64,000 nt of DNA from assembly GCA_965261085.1 (NCBI GenBank), contig OZ253442.1, positions 3,456,001 through 3,520,000 on the forward strand. Direction: 5' to 3'. Positions within the stretch are counted from its first letter, which is position 1, and every line of letters begins with the position of its first letter. Under the pieces are notes generated by a model. The model saw only the letters and a program-made list of their open reading frames with translations. It was not told the DNA's origin and did no database searches. This stretch comes from a bacterium (GTDB lineage Bacteria; UBA8248). A program made the translations under genes and the position numbers. Of the stretch, positions 19,337-29,520 are shown piece by piece.

Positions 19337-22300
19337 TTAGATGCCCATCTCTCCTTTCTGTGGAGAATGCACATCTACTTCCTCTCTAGTCAACCACTTA
19401 CCCGTCCATATACGCCACCAAAAACGTCCGATATCGTTTCCGATTAAAGAAATTACCGGAACCAGAACAAGGGTTATCACCGTAGCGAAAAGTAGTCCAA
19501 AACATAAACTAATCGCCATGGGGATTAAAAATTGCGCCTGAAAGCTTTTTTCGAATAGCATCGGCCCCAATCCCGCAGCTGTTGTTAATGTGGTCAGAAT
19601 AATCGCTCGCCATCTGGCAACACCAGCCAGGTGAAGCGCATCTTCAATCGGCATCCCGTCTTTGATACTTCGGTTTGCAAAATCCAAAAGCACCAAAGAG
19701 TCATTCACCACCACTCCGGAAAGCGCCAAGATACCCATCATACTCAATATGGAGATGTCGAATCCCATTACGATATGACCCCAAATAGCGCCTACTATCC
19801 CAAACGGAATGGCGCTCATGACGATGAAGGGCTGGAAATAGCTCCTGAATAATGTGGCTAAAATCGTAAAAATGACGGCTATCGCAACTGCAAAAGCGCG
19901 GAACAGGCTGGCAAATGATTCTCTTGTCTCTTTTGCCTGGCCTTCGAACCTAAATCCTATCCCCTTATACCGGTTGAAGAGTTTTGGGAAGAAGTTGTTT
20001 CTCAGATCATTGAGAACCTCAGTGGGATTGGCGCGTTCCGAGTCAATATCGGCCGTCACATTGACAACTCTTCTTCTGGCCGAGCGTTTGATCTCATCAA
20101 GGCCTTGAATCATTTTTACTTCCGCCACTTCATAGAAAGGTATTTCCGCCCCTGAAGATGTTCTGACCCTCATATTCTTAACATCTTCGAGAGAACGTCT
20201 TTCCTCTGGCGGATAACGCAGTTTCACCTTCACATCCTCCCGTCCACGCTGCAGGCGCAGGACTTGTAAACCGAAAAAGCTTGCGCGCAATTGACGCGCC
20301 AAGTCATCCAAGCTCACTCCCAGCACTCTGGCATGTGACTTTAGGGAAGTCTGAAACTCAAACTTTCCGGGACTGAAATCATCCTGAATTTCGTATAGGC
20401 CGGGATATTTTCTCAACTCCCGCTTGAACTCCTGAGCTACTCTTTTCAAAGTATCGATATCATCACCATAGAACTGCACATCGATAGGCTTTCCACCGGG
20501 CGGACGAGCACCCCCGGCGCCAAAAGTAAGGCTTATCACATCAGCAATTTCTCCTGTCTTCTCGCGCCAGCGGTTGGTGATTTCCTCCGCGCTGAGCCCC
20601 CTGGCTTCTGAGGGCAGCAACTCGACGATCAACTGCGCCATATGGCTTCCCCCCGCGACACGTCCACGACTTTGGCCTTGTTCGACTTGCTCACCCAGCA
20701 TGGTAAATACATGTTTGACGATTGGCTCTCCCGTTTTCGAGCGAAAATCCTTATCAAGAGCCTTGGCCGCCTGTTCGATCCTTCTTGTTGCGAGTCGTGT
20801 TTGCTGAATCGGAGTTCCCTGCGGAAACAGAAGCCTGGCTTCCACCCAATCGGAATCGAATTTTGGAAAAAACAAAAATCTCACATGCCCGCCCACCGCC
20901 AAGCCCACCGTCACCATAAAAACTACCAGAGCCAGGGCAATGACCAGATACCTGGCGCTGAGACAAAATCTCAGAATCGGCGCATAAAATCGGTGAATCA
21001 GCCAGTTCACGGCCCCTTCGATGGGATTTCTTATGCGCGATGAGAATCCGCCCCTCCTCGGTGGCCGCACCCAATGTCCCAAGTGGGCCGGCAAGATGAA
21101 TAAGGACTCGATGAGAGAAGCGAGTAATGCGGCGATGATGGCCGCCGGGAGCACCGCCATGAACTTCCCGACAGTTCCTTCCATCATCAACAAAGGTATG
21201 AAAGCCACTATAGATGTCACGACAGTGGCAATAACAGGCAGGACTACTTCATAACAGCCATCAATCGCGGCCTGAACGCGGTTTTTCCCTCTTTCCATAT
21301 GAGAATAAATATTTTCAGCCACTACAATGGCGTCGTCCACCAAGATTCCCAAAACCATGATAAAGGCGAACATTGTCAGCATGTTGAGCGTACCACCGGA
21401 GAAACTCAAGAAACCTAGCGACGCCAACAGAGAAATAGGAATCCCCATCGCTACCCAAAAAGAAAGGCGAATGTTCAAAAATAGCCATAGTGAGATGAAA
21501 ACCAACAGGAGACCGACCCGCCCGTTTCTTAAAAGAAGATCCAGCCGATCTTGTATCAGGCGCGAGGTATCCGCCCAGTCGACCAAATCCAATCCTTCCG
21601 GCAATTCCCGGCGTTTTTTCTTTACATATCCAGCTACTGCTTTTGAAATCGATAGCGCATCTTCTTTCTCTGTCCGGTAGACTGTGATGAGGGCAGCCGG
21701 TTTCCCATCGAATCGACCCGTTGTGTCGCTGTCCTCAAAGGCATCGACTACACGAGCGATATCACCGAGTCTCAAAATGGTGCCGTCTTTTTGAGTGAGT
21801 ATTTCAAGCCGTTCGAACTCGAGACCCGTATAACGCTTTCCCAATGTTCTGATTCTGATTCTTCGCTCCGCAGAACGGATATCCCCACCTGAAAGTTCCA
21901 GCACATTTTTGCGAATGATATTCGCGAGCCGCTCAAACGTGAGGCCATGGCGACGAAGCGTCTCCTCAGACACTTCGATTGAAATTTCCCAATCCCTCAA
22001 CCCGCTCAGAACCACCTTGGAAATATTGGGCATTTCCAGCAAGTCATCCTTGATCTCCGTGGCTTTGCGTTTGAGAATTTCATCTGAAACGTTTCCGAAC
22101 AATGAGATATGAACAACCTGATTCGTCCGCTTCATATCCGTAACGATGGGTCTTTCTATGTCCTCAGGCAATGTGTTGATACGGTCGATCTCGCTTCTGA
22201 TATCTTCCATCAACTCCCGGGAGTCTTTTATCCAAGAATGCAACTCCACCATGACATCGCAACGACCCTCATAGGCGGTCGAATTAATCTTTTTTACTCC

Positions 22301-22528
22301 CTCCACAGCCGTAAGGCCCTCTTCGATCTTGATGCAAATGCCCTCTTCCACCTCTTCAGGACTTGCGCCCTCCCACGCCACGTTGACGCTAACTCGATCG
22401 AGAACAAATTGAGGGATCAACTCGCTACGAATCTGAAAAACAGCGACAACACCGATGATCAGCATTATCGCCATCAAAAGGTTGGCGAAAACAGTATGAC
22501 GTGCAGACCAATCCAGAATTTGCTTCAT
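19337..22528 (-). CDS. RND efflux transporter permease subunit (AcrB/AcrD/AcrF family)
   Basis: 1063 aa; GILVDDAIVVAENI, GVVVNDSLVL and RAIILTTLTT. Confidence 0.95.
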   Translation of the reverse strand: MKQILDWSARHTVFANLLMAIMLIIGVVAVFQIRSELIPQFVLDRVSVNVAWEGASPEEVEEGICIKIEEGLTAVEGVKKINSTAYEGRCDVMVELHSWIKDSRELMEDIRSEIDRINTLPEDIERPIVTDMKRTNQVVHISLFGNVSDEILKRKATEIKDDLLEMPNISKVVLSGLRDWEISIEVSEETLRRHGLTFERLANIIRKNVLELSGGDIRSAERRIRIRTLGKRYTGLEFERLEILTQKDGTILRLGDIARVVDAFEDSDTTGRFDGKPAALITVYRTEKEDALSISKAVAGYVKKKRRELPEGLDLVDWADTSRLIQDRLDLLLRNGRVGLLLVFISLWLFLNIRLSFWVAMGIPISLLASLGFLSFSGGTLNMLTMFAFIMVLGILVDDAIVVAENIYSHMERGKNRVQAAIDGCYEVVLPVIATVVTSIVAFIPLLMMEGTVGKFMAVLPAAIIAALLASLIESLFILPAHLGHWVRPPRRGGFSSRIRNPIEGAVNWLIHRFYAPILRFCLSARYLVIALALVVFMVTVGLAVGGHVRFLFFPKFDSDWVEARLLFPQGTPIQQTRLATRRIEQAAKALDKDFRSKTGEPIVKHVFTMLGEQVEQGQSRGRVAGGSHMAQLIVELLPSEARGLSAEEITNRWREKTGEIADVISLTFGAGGARPPGGKPIDVQFYGDDIDTLKRVAQEFKRELRKYPGLYEIQDDFSPGKFEFQTSLKSHARVLGVSLDDLARQLRASFFGLQVLRLQRGREDVKVKLRYPPEERRSLEDVKNMRVRTSSGAEIPFYEVAEVKMIQGLDEIKRSARRRVVNVTADIDSERANPTEVLNDLRNNFFPKLFNRYKGIGFRFEGQAKETRESFASLFRAFAVAIAVIFTILATLFRSYFQPFIVMSAIPFGIVGAIWGHIVMGFDISILSMMGILALSGVVVNDSLVLLDFANRSIKDGMPIEDALHLAGVARWRAIILTTLTTAAGLGPMLFEKSFQAQFLIPMAISLCFGLLFATVITLVLVPVISLIGNDIGRFWWRIWTGKWLTREEVDVHSPQKGEMGI

Positions 22529-23850
22529 TGCGTGGAAGCCCCGGGAGTAATCCCGTTCTGCTCACTGAGTTTCATGCCGGATACAGGGGCGGGGATTGGG
22601 GAAAGGATGATACGAGAGCTTTCGTTCACTCCATTTTTGATGACGACGCCATCCTGATCTTTCCTGATGACCTGCACCTTCTGAATTCGCAGTCTCCCAT
22701 CATCCAACAAATAAACATGATCCCGCTCGCGTAATGCAGCACGCGGAATGACGTACACATCAGGCATAGTGACGCCTTCGATTTCCACCTCAACGAACAT
22801 TCCCACAAATAGGGGAGGGTGTTCACCGGGCATCCAATTCTTCATGGGTTCAGGAATTTCCACTATGAGCGTGAGCGTGCGCGTGGACTCATCCAACCCG
22901 GCATCTACAAGGGACACCCGCCCTTTCCATTCAAACTTTTTCCCGAACTGACTCCAGGATACTATGGCAGCGGGGAAAAAAGGCTTTACCTCTTCTTGAC
23001 TACGGGGGAAGGAAACTTCCCGAATACGGCGAAACGTCCACCGCACATCTTCAACCGGCAATGAAACCGGAACTTCCAACACGGAAACATCATAAATCCT
23101 ACCCACGGACTTACCGGCACTGGCGAAATCCCCGACGTCCAAACTCGTCTCTCGCACCCGCGCATCAAAAGGAGCCACGATTTTAGTACGAGACAATTGC
23201 AAAATCGCCCTTTTGAGTTCTGAGCGGTTCGCTTCCAAGGCCGCGCGTTTCTGCCTTAATTGAACGGGCAGTAGCGCCAAAACGTTTTTAATGGACTGAA
23301 CCGTCCTTTCTTGTCTCAGAAAATTTTGTTGAGACTGATCATATTGACCAGAGGAGATCACGCCTTGTGTTCTCAACTTTCTATTGCGTTTTATCTCCTG
23401 AGTAACCAATTCCATATGGCGCTCGGCGATATTCAGATCGGCCTGATGGTTCTTCTCCTCCTGTCTCAATCGAGCCATATCTGCTCTGAGTTGTGCGATT
23501 TCTGCTTCACGCCGCTCAATGGCGAGTTTGTAGTCCGCAGAGTCAATCTGAAACAACAACCCCCCTTTTCGGATAAAACCACCCGTCCTGAAGCCAGGCG
23601 AGCGCTCAACCACTTTCCCTGACACTTCGGGCACGACAGAAAGTTCCGTCTTTGGCCGCACGGTTCCGAACCCTTTGACCCAGAACGTTTTGTCTTGTTT
23701 TCTCAATAGTATCGTTCTGACGAATCTGCGTGGTGCGGGGGGAGTCACAGTCTCGAGTTCCGGTCGATTGTCAATCAGCCACTTAGTGACTCCTCCGCCA
23801 ATGGCTAGGACCAGGACGGCCAGAATGATGAAGATTTTTTGACGAGACAT
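22525..23850 (-). CDS. RND periplasmic adaptor (membrane fusion protein)
   Basis: N-terminal anchor, PEVSGKV, a long coiled coil and IVAPFDA; overlaps the RND gene by 4 bp. Confidence 0.92.
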   Translation of the reverse strand: MSRQKIFIILAVLVLAIGGGVTKWLIDNRPELETVTPPAPRRFVRTILLRKQDKTFWVKGFGTVRPKTELSVVPEVSGKVVERSPGFRTGGFIRKGGLLFQIDSADYKLAIERREAEIAQLRADMARLRQEEKNHQADLNIAERHMELVTQEIKRNRKLRTQGVISSGQYDQSQQNFLRQERTVQSIKNVLALLPVQLRQKRAALEANRSELKRAILQLSRTKIVAPFDARVRETSLDVGDFASAGKSVGRIYDVSVLEVPVSLPVEDVRWTFRRIREVSFPRSQEEVKPFFPAAIVSWSQFGKKFEWKGRVSLVDAGLDESTRTLTLIVEIPEPMKNWMPGEHPPLFVGMFVEVEIEGVTMPDVYVIPRAALRERDHVYLLDDGRLRIQKVQVIRKDQDGVVIKNGVNESSRIILSPIPAPVSGMKLSEQNGITPGASTQ

Positions 23851-24060
23851 GATATTGTCAGCATCTCCTCTCCAAGCGGCGGTACCAAGATTTCCGTGAC
23901 AAGCCCGTAGGCGGCCCTTTTAAGACTCCCCGTTTATCGGAAATTTCGGGAAAGACCGTGTATTGTATGCCTTCTTATTCCTATCAGCAGTAGCCCTGTG
24001 TGTCAAAAACCCGGTATTCTCTAATCAACTGTAATTTAATACATTAAAAAGGAAACAAAA

Positions 24061-24951
24061 ATGCACGAAGACATCGCCTATTTCAGTGATGGCCTCAAAA
24101 TCGCCGCGCATTTGTACCGCCCAGACGACTGGCAGCCCGGCGATCCGCCCCGACCGGGAATCGTCTGCGTGACAGGTTACAGCGGACGAAAAAACCTGGC
24201 CACGATCGATATGCCCATCCATTTGAGCAAGGCGGGGTTTTTTGCCCTGGCGCCCGACTACCGAGGCTACGGCGTCAGCGAGGGCGCTCGTGGACGCCAC
24301 CGTCCGCTGGAGCAGGCGCAAGATACCTACGATGGAATCACCTACCTCCAAACCGTTGAAGGCGTAGACCCTGGCCGAATTGGTCTGTATGGCACCAGTT
24401 TTGGCGGCGCGCACGCCATTTGGGTGGCGGCGTTCGACGAGCGGGTGAAGGCGACCGTCTCCGCAGTGGGGGTGCACGACGGCGAACGCTGGCTGAAAAC
24501 ATTGAGAAGGCCTTACGAGTGGCTCGCCTTCAAGTCCCGAATCCAGGAAGCCGCCCGCAAGCGCGTCGCCACCAATGAGCGGGAAACGATTATCCGGCAC
24601 GATATCTATAGCGACGACCCGGACAACCCCAAACCCCCGATGACGCTTGAGGAACACGGCTCCGAAGAAGTGCTCGAACTCGACCTCGAAAGCGTGGAGG
24701 CGTGTTTTCGCTATCGACCCGAATGGGTGGTCGGGAAAATCTCGCCCCGACCCGTTTTGTTCATTTACGGCGAAGAGGACGTCATGGTTCCTCCCTCCGA
24801 GGCGCACGCCTGCTACGCGGCCTGTGGAGAGCCCAAGAATATCGTCATGCTTCCCAAGGGACGCCATAACGACGTCTACCAGGTGAACAACAAGGCCCTC
24901 TTCGATATGGCCTTAAAGGAAACGACGACCTGGTTTGGCGAGCATTTATAG
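24061..24951 (+). CDS. Alpha/beta-fold hydrolase
   Basis: DYRGYGVSEG, nucleophile elbow GTSFGG, GEEDVMVP and a C-terminal His. Confidence 0.9.
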   Translation: MHEDIAYFSDGLKIAAHLYRPDDWQPGDPPRPGIVCVTGYSGRKNLATIDMPIHLSKAGFFALAPDYRGYGVSEGARGRHRPLEQAQDTYDGITYLQTVEGVDPGRIGLYGTSFGGAHAIWVAAFDERVKATVSAVGVHDGERWLKTLRRPYEWLAFKSRIQEAARKRVATNERETIIRHDIYSDDPDNPKPPMTLEEHGSEEVLELDLESVEACFRYRPEWVVGKISPRPVLFIYGEEDVMVPPSEAHACYAACGEPKNIVMLPKGRHNDVYQVNNKALFDMALKETTTWFGEHL

Positions 24952-25000
24952 TTATCGTCCTGAAGCCGGGGGAAAGCGTAACCGTTTGATTTGTATCTGA

Positions 25001-25444
25001 TTACCCGCCCGGCCTCTCGATGAGTTCCAGCGTGTTGCCGTCCGGATCCTCGATATACACGACGAACCCCCCCGTGTTGGGGCCTTGCGTGACGGGCACG
25101 GGCTCGGAGACGAACCTCACCCCCCTGGGCGCCAGGGCCTCGTACATCCCTTTGAGATCATTGACGTTATAGGCGATGTGCGCGCTGCCCACGTTGTTCG
25201 TGGCCGTGTCTATCCTGACGCCGGGCGCGCCCACGTATTCGACCAGCTCGATGTGGTAGCCACCGCCTTTGATGTAGACGATGCGAAGGTCGGCTCCGGG
25301 GATGCCCGTCACCTTCTCGCTGTAGTCCTGGGGCCGGGTATCGACCGAAACGATAGTAAAATCAAGCATTTCGCAGTACCACTCAGCAATCGCCGCAGTA
25401 TCGGACACCGTGAAACTCGTATGGTTGATGCTCACAAGACCCAT
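25001..25444 (-). CDS. VOC/glyoxalase-family protein
   Basis: NHTSFTVSD, IELVEY, HIAYNV and DPDGNTLELIE. Confidence 0.9.
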   Translation of the reverse strand: MGLVSINHTSFTVSDTAAIAEWYCEMLDFTIVSVDTRPQDYSEKVTGIPGADLRIVYIKGGGYHIELVEYVGAPGVRIDTATNNVGSAHIAYNVNDLKGMYEALAPRGVRFVSEPVPVTQGPNTGGFVVYIEDPDGNTLELIERPGG

Positions 25445-25849
25445 CTTGCGCCTCCTCGAAACTTGGAATCGGGGGGCGTACTCCCCCTCTTTTCCGCCGT
25501 TTTTTTCAGGCGCAATTATGGCATATCGACGTTTTTTGTTGTCAGAAATTTATCGAAAAACCCCGTGAATTTATCTAATTTTATCGAATTGTTTCAGGCT
25601 TTTTCGCTTATTCCTTCTCGTCGATTCCGGCGTAACGGGCGGGTCGATTCCGACCGGATGGAAGGCCAATCCCGACTGATGCCGAATCGCCGATTCCATT
25701 TTCTCCCCTCCTCTAATCGCCGGGAATACTTATCTGCTCGCGCGGGTCAATCCCGCCCGATTCAAGGGGTACTTCACCAAGCCGCCATGCATTACTCCGC
25801 ATTCGCCGTGGTGGGGTTTTCGTCGGGATGGGGCACAATCCCTTCCTCA

Positions 25850-27375
25850 TCGGGGTTGTTGAAAAACCCCTGACTCTATGCTTGGATGTATGGATATTAC
25901 GCGCCCGAGAAGGGAATATCCGCGATGTTGGGACGCAAGAACCGCGCCCAGATGGATTTGTTCATCACCGGTTCGCTGGAGAGGTTGATTCCCGAGGATC
26001 ACATATTGGCCCGCGTGAACCGCGTTCTGGACCTGAGTTGGCTGCGCGAGGAAGTGGCGGATTGTTATTGCGCGGACAACGGCCGTCCTGGGATCGACCC
26101 CGAAGTGGCGGTTCGGTTGATGTTGGCGGGCCTTCTGCTGGGGTTCGTGCACGACCGTCGGTTGATGCGCGAGGCGCAGGTGAACATCGCGATCCGGTGG
26201 TTCATCGGTTACGGGCTGGAGGATCGGCTGCCGGATCATTCGAGCCTGACGCGGATACGGCAGCGCTGGGGGGAGGCCCGGTTCCGGGAGATATTCCGCC
26301 GCACGGTCCGTGCGTGCCTGGATGCGAAGGTGGCCAAGGCCGAAGTCGTGCACGTGGACGCCTCATTGATCCGCGCGGACGTGAGTTGGGAGAGTCTGGT
26401 GGAGCGTCACGTGGACGAGGTGATAGCGGAGAACCCCGTCGAGGAGGAGGCCGGGAAGAAGGGTGGAGGAGGCCGCCGTGGCGGGGGTTCCGGGAAGGTG
26501 AGCCGGACGGACCCGGACGCGCGGCTGGCGAGAACGGGCGGGGGATTCGAGCCGAGCTACAAGCAGCACGCTGTGGTGGACGACACGCGCGGGGTGGTGC
26601 TCGACGTATCGGTGACGGAGGGTACGGTGAACGAGCGTGAGGTGCTCGAATCGCAGGTGGAAGCGGTATGCGAGGTATCGGGGCGCGCGCCCGCGATGGT
26701 GACGGCGGACTCTGGCTACGCCTACTCGAAGGTCTACGCGGCCCTGGAGCGCCGGGGTGTGGCCGCGCTCATTCCGGCGAAGAGGGAACCCTCGCAGAGC
26801 CGTGTTCCGTTGCGCCTGTTCCGCTACGACGCGCGGCACGACATCGTGAAGTGTCCGCGCGGCAAGATACTGAGCCCCCGTCGGCCCGCAAAGGGGGGGC
26901 GTTATTATCGTTCGAAGACCCGTGATTGCGCGGGCTGCGCGCTTCGCGAGGATTGCCTGCCGAAGGCGTGGTCGAGCAAGGTGGTGTTGGTTCCGCATGC
27001 GTATCCGGCGCTGTTGCGCGCGCGCCGGCGCCATGCGCGATGGAGGGAGGAGGAGCGGCGGATGTACCGGCGTCATATGTGGCGCTCGGAGGGCTACCAC
27101 GGCGAGGCGAAGACCTGGCACGGGCTTGCGCGCGCGGTGCGGCGCGGTCTTGAGAACATGAAGATACAGTCCTACCTGACGGCGGCGGCGATCAACCTCA
27201 AGCGGCTCTCCGCCGCACTTGCTGCAAGGTTATTCGCCCTCTGGAGGGCCTGGTCGGCCCGGGAAGAGCCTCTGTGCGTCCATCGCGGCCTCGCAAGCTG
27301 CGCGGGCTTCCTGTCCGCCGCCGCGTGACCCTCCATACCGCCCGCTCCCGAAACCGGGTTATTCAACAACCCCGA
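25850..27375 (+). mobile_element. Insertion sequence, IS1182 family (probable)
   Basis: Terminal inverted repeats TCGGGGTTGTTGAAAAACCC (25850-) and GGGTTATTCAACAACCCCGA (-27375) with one mismatch, enclosing a transposase gene. No clear target duplication. Confidence 0.85.
25925..27328 (+). CDS. IS1182-family DDE transposase
   Basis: LIPEDHIL..GRPGIDP..PDHSSLTR, VHVDAS, TDPDAR, VTADSGY, a CP..C..C..C motif and K..HGL.RA..RGL; apparently intact. Confidence 0.9.
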   Translation: MLGRKNRAQMDLFITGSLERLIPEDHILARVNRVLDLSWLREEVADCYCADNGRPGIDPEVAVRLMLAGLLLGFVHDRRLMREAQVNIAIRWFIGYGLEDRLPDHSSLTRIRQRWGEARFREIFRRTVRACLDAKVAKAEVVHVDASLIRADVSWESLVERHVDEVIAENPVEEEAGKKGGGGRRGGGSGKVSRTDPDARLARTGGGFEPSYKQHAVVDDTRGVVLDVSVTEGTVNEREVLESQVEAVCEVSGRAPAMVTADSGYAYSKVYAALERRGVAALIPAKREPSQSRVPLRLFRYDARHDIVKCPRGKILSPRRPAKGGRYYRSKTRDCAGCALREDCLPKAWSSKVVLVPHAYPALLRARRRHARWREEERRMYRRHMWRSEGYHGEAKTWHGLARAVRRGLENMKIQSYLTAAAINLKRLSAALAARLFALWRAWSAREEPLCVHRGLASCAGFLSAAA

Positions 27376-27552
27376 GGAGCGAGCGTTTGCCGACCGATGG
27401 AGGTCAATCGCGACTGATGAAGGAGCGATTGGCGCGACCGAGAAGGGGAAGACTGCACATTGCGCGTCTCAACACTCCCTCCCCCTTGATGCCCTTCAAG
27501 ATTACAAACCCTCCCTCCTCGGGAAGCCCGACGGCAAAACAAGGGAAGAAAA

Positions 27553-27771
27553 CCACTCCTCCCTTGTGGGTCAATCCCGATTGATGAATGAGGGACTGTC
27601 GGCAAGATGAGGGCGCAAGCCCGAAGTCGCGCCGGTGGGGGGAGATTTAGTTTGAGAGTTATTTATATCGCTCCTGATCAATCCTCCCTTATAAGCCGTG
27701 ATTGCCCCCCACCGCATCAGCCTTCACCCAAAGCGCTCGGCTTCCTCAACTCCCCCTCATGGGGGGAGTGA
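27553..27771. repeat. REP-like palindromic elements in inverted arrangement
   Basis: cactcctcccttgtggg...ccggtgggggga (27553-27645) is mirrored by ccccccaccg...actccccctcatggggggagtga (27706-27771). Confidence 0.45.
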
Positions 27772-27896
27772 GAAGAACCTGTTTGATGACAAATTGAATC
27801 GAGGATTATTACGACCAAGGCTCCTGGAAATCCGAGCGGGATGATGGGGGACGATATAGGGGTGGTTTTTGATGCGAGGTGATTAAGGGGAGGTTA

Positions 27897-28613
27897 TCAT
27901 TGTCCTACTTGCCGTAACAGTTCCTTATTTTCTAAGCACCACTTGCGCCCTTTTGGGGTGAGATAACAGCCCTCATAGCCAAAACCAATCATCTGCTGTA
28001 TTTCCAACTGATTGAAAGCATCCGTAATATCCATGGAAGAAAACCCTAACCTCGTTAATATCCCGTCTATTGCTCCTTTCCCCTTCTCCCTTTCGGAACC
28101 GTAATAAAAAATTTTGAGGGTATGCAATTCCGCTGCTCCGAATTGAGCCTCAGCTTTGTTTCCATTTTCCACAACATCACTTTTTGCCTTTTTCGCGGGT
28201 GGATTCTGAATGGCGATTTCGAGTCTTCTCGTAATTCCTCTCTCCAAATTTTCCCAATCACCTCGTGAATCAGTCTTATAGAAATACACGTTTCTTTGAT
28301 TCACATCGAACGGCAGCTCGCCCCGCTTGCCATCTTCGCATATCAACACGACCGGAATCCTGCAGCCGTCTGCAAAACCGAACTCATACCAGACGTTCGG
28401 ATTGTTTTCTGTAATTTCCGCCAAGCAGACTTCGGAATTTTCTATTTCTTCCCGGATTTTTTGTATGATGAGTGTTTTGGCGTCGTAGTGTTCATCCACG
28501 CGATAAGGAAACAGGCCAGCCTTTTGTATAGCTTGTTTGTAAGTCTCTTCACACCGTCTTATATATTCATCATCAAGCGGCTGGATGATAAAGCATTTTC
28601 TTTTTCCCAACAT
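27897..28613 (-). CDS. Nucleoside 2-deoxyribosyltransferase-like (TIR-like fold) protein with a possible C-terminal winged helix
   Basis: KCFIIQP...RVDE...I...I..S...LAEIT..NPNVWYEFGFA...PVVLI...LPFDV; C-terminal YLTPKGR. Confidence 0.7.
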   Translation of the reverse strand: MLGKRKCFIIQPLDDEYIRRCEETYKQAIQKAGLFPYRVDEHYDAKTLIIQKIREEIENSEVCLAEITENNPNVWYEFGFADGCRIPVVLICEDGKRGELPFDVNQRNVYFYKTDSRGDWENLERGITRRLEIAIQNPPAKKAKSDVVENGNKAEAQFGAAELHTLKIFYYGSEREKGKGAIDGILTRLGFSSMDITDAFNQLEIQQMIGFGYEGCYLTPKGRKWCLENKELLRQVGQ

Positions 28614-28752
28614 TTTATGTGTTTATCCAATCAATGGCAGACTTGATTCTTCATGTGCTCAACACTCTTATCGACTGATTAAGAACCTGAGACCCAAACC
28701 GATCCGGCTGAAAACCTTGCGGGAATCCTCGAAGCCGCTCCGCTCCTTCGCC

Positions 28753-29520
28753 TTATGCCACGAGCCTTTCAATATCCGAGAGTGCTCTATCCTGAAAATC
28801 CCCTAGTGTCGGATATTGTGTATCCGCGTTTTTGGTGAGATACAGCCTTTCCCTTCTGCCCAGTTCCTCCATGTCTTCATGGACAATGAGGCTGATAAAC
28901 GGCAATTTCGCTTTTTGAAATTCCAGCAATGAAATAGCAACATTTTTCGCCTTGTCGTTGCTCCCTATACCAAAAAGATAAAGGCTGCGTTCTTTGTGCG
29001 TGAGAGACCAATCCACACTGATGATTTCGTAGTTCTGCAACGGGCACGCATCGGGCACTGGATTGAATCGCGCCAATTCCGTCGTGGTGTAGTCCCTCAA
29101 GTCGTCATAAAATGCGCTTCGGACGACCTCCCTGCTCCAATAACGCATGTTGCAAACCTTCTGAACACAGCCCGCAAATTGTAGTATGCTTTCGTAGAGC
29201 ATTTCTGGGGTCGTATCCAGATAAAGATTTCCCTCCTCACTTTGAATCCCGTTGTTGATTAGAATGCTGTCGAAAATCTTCTGTCGAGCCGGGCTGTTTA
29301 TTTCATAACTGTAGGAAAGACGCATGACCGCCATCCCGAAGTCACAGATGCGCACACGGTTCTCACCCAGGGGGCAGTCTTGCAGATAGACCTCCACCAT
29401 ATCGCCGTCCTCATGAAGTATGGGGAAGATAAGTTGATATTTGCCTTGCCTGCGTTGATATACACCAAAACCAGTTTGGGCATTATCATTGAGTTGGCTG
29501 ATTGCCTTATTGATGTCCAT
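28753..29520 (-). CDS. DUF1828-like protein
   Basis: YQLIFPILHEDGDMVEVYL...RICDFG...LS pattern recalled from DUF1828 proteins; low GC. Confidence 0.6.
   Translation of the reverse strand: MDINKAISQLNDNAQTGFGVYQRRQGKYQLIFPILHEDGDMVEVYLQDCPLGENRVRICDFGMAVMRLSYSYEINSPARQKIFDSILINNGIQSEEGNLYLDTTPEMLYESILQFAGCVQKVCNMRYWSREVVRSAFYDDLRDYTTTELARFNPVPDACPLQNYEIISVDWSLTHKERSLYLFGIGSNDKAKNVAISLLEFQKAKLPFISLIVHEDMEELGRRERLYLTKNADTQYPTLGDFQDRALSDIERLVA

Noticed and set aside
13059-24050. tRNA-Ala-anchored integrative island
   Set aside because: No integrase gene and no duplicated tRNA 3' end were seen, and the GC shift begins upstream of the tRNA.
27412-27440. Hammerhead ribozyme suggested by CTGATGA
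   Set aside because: No stem II followed by GAAA and no stem III/cleavage triplet arrangement could be built.
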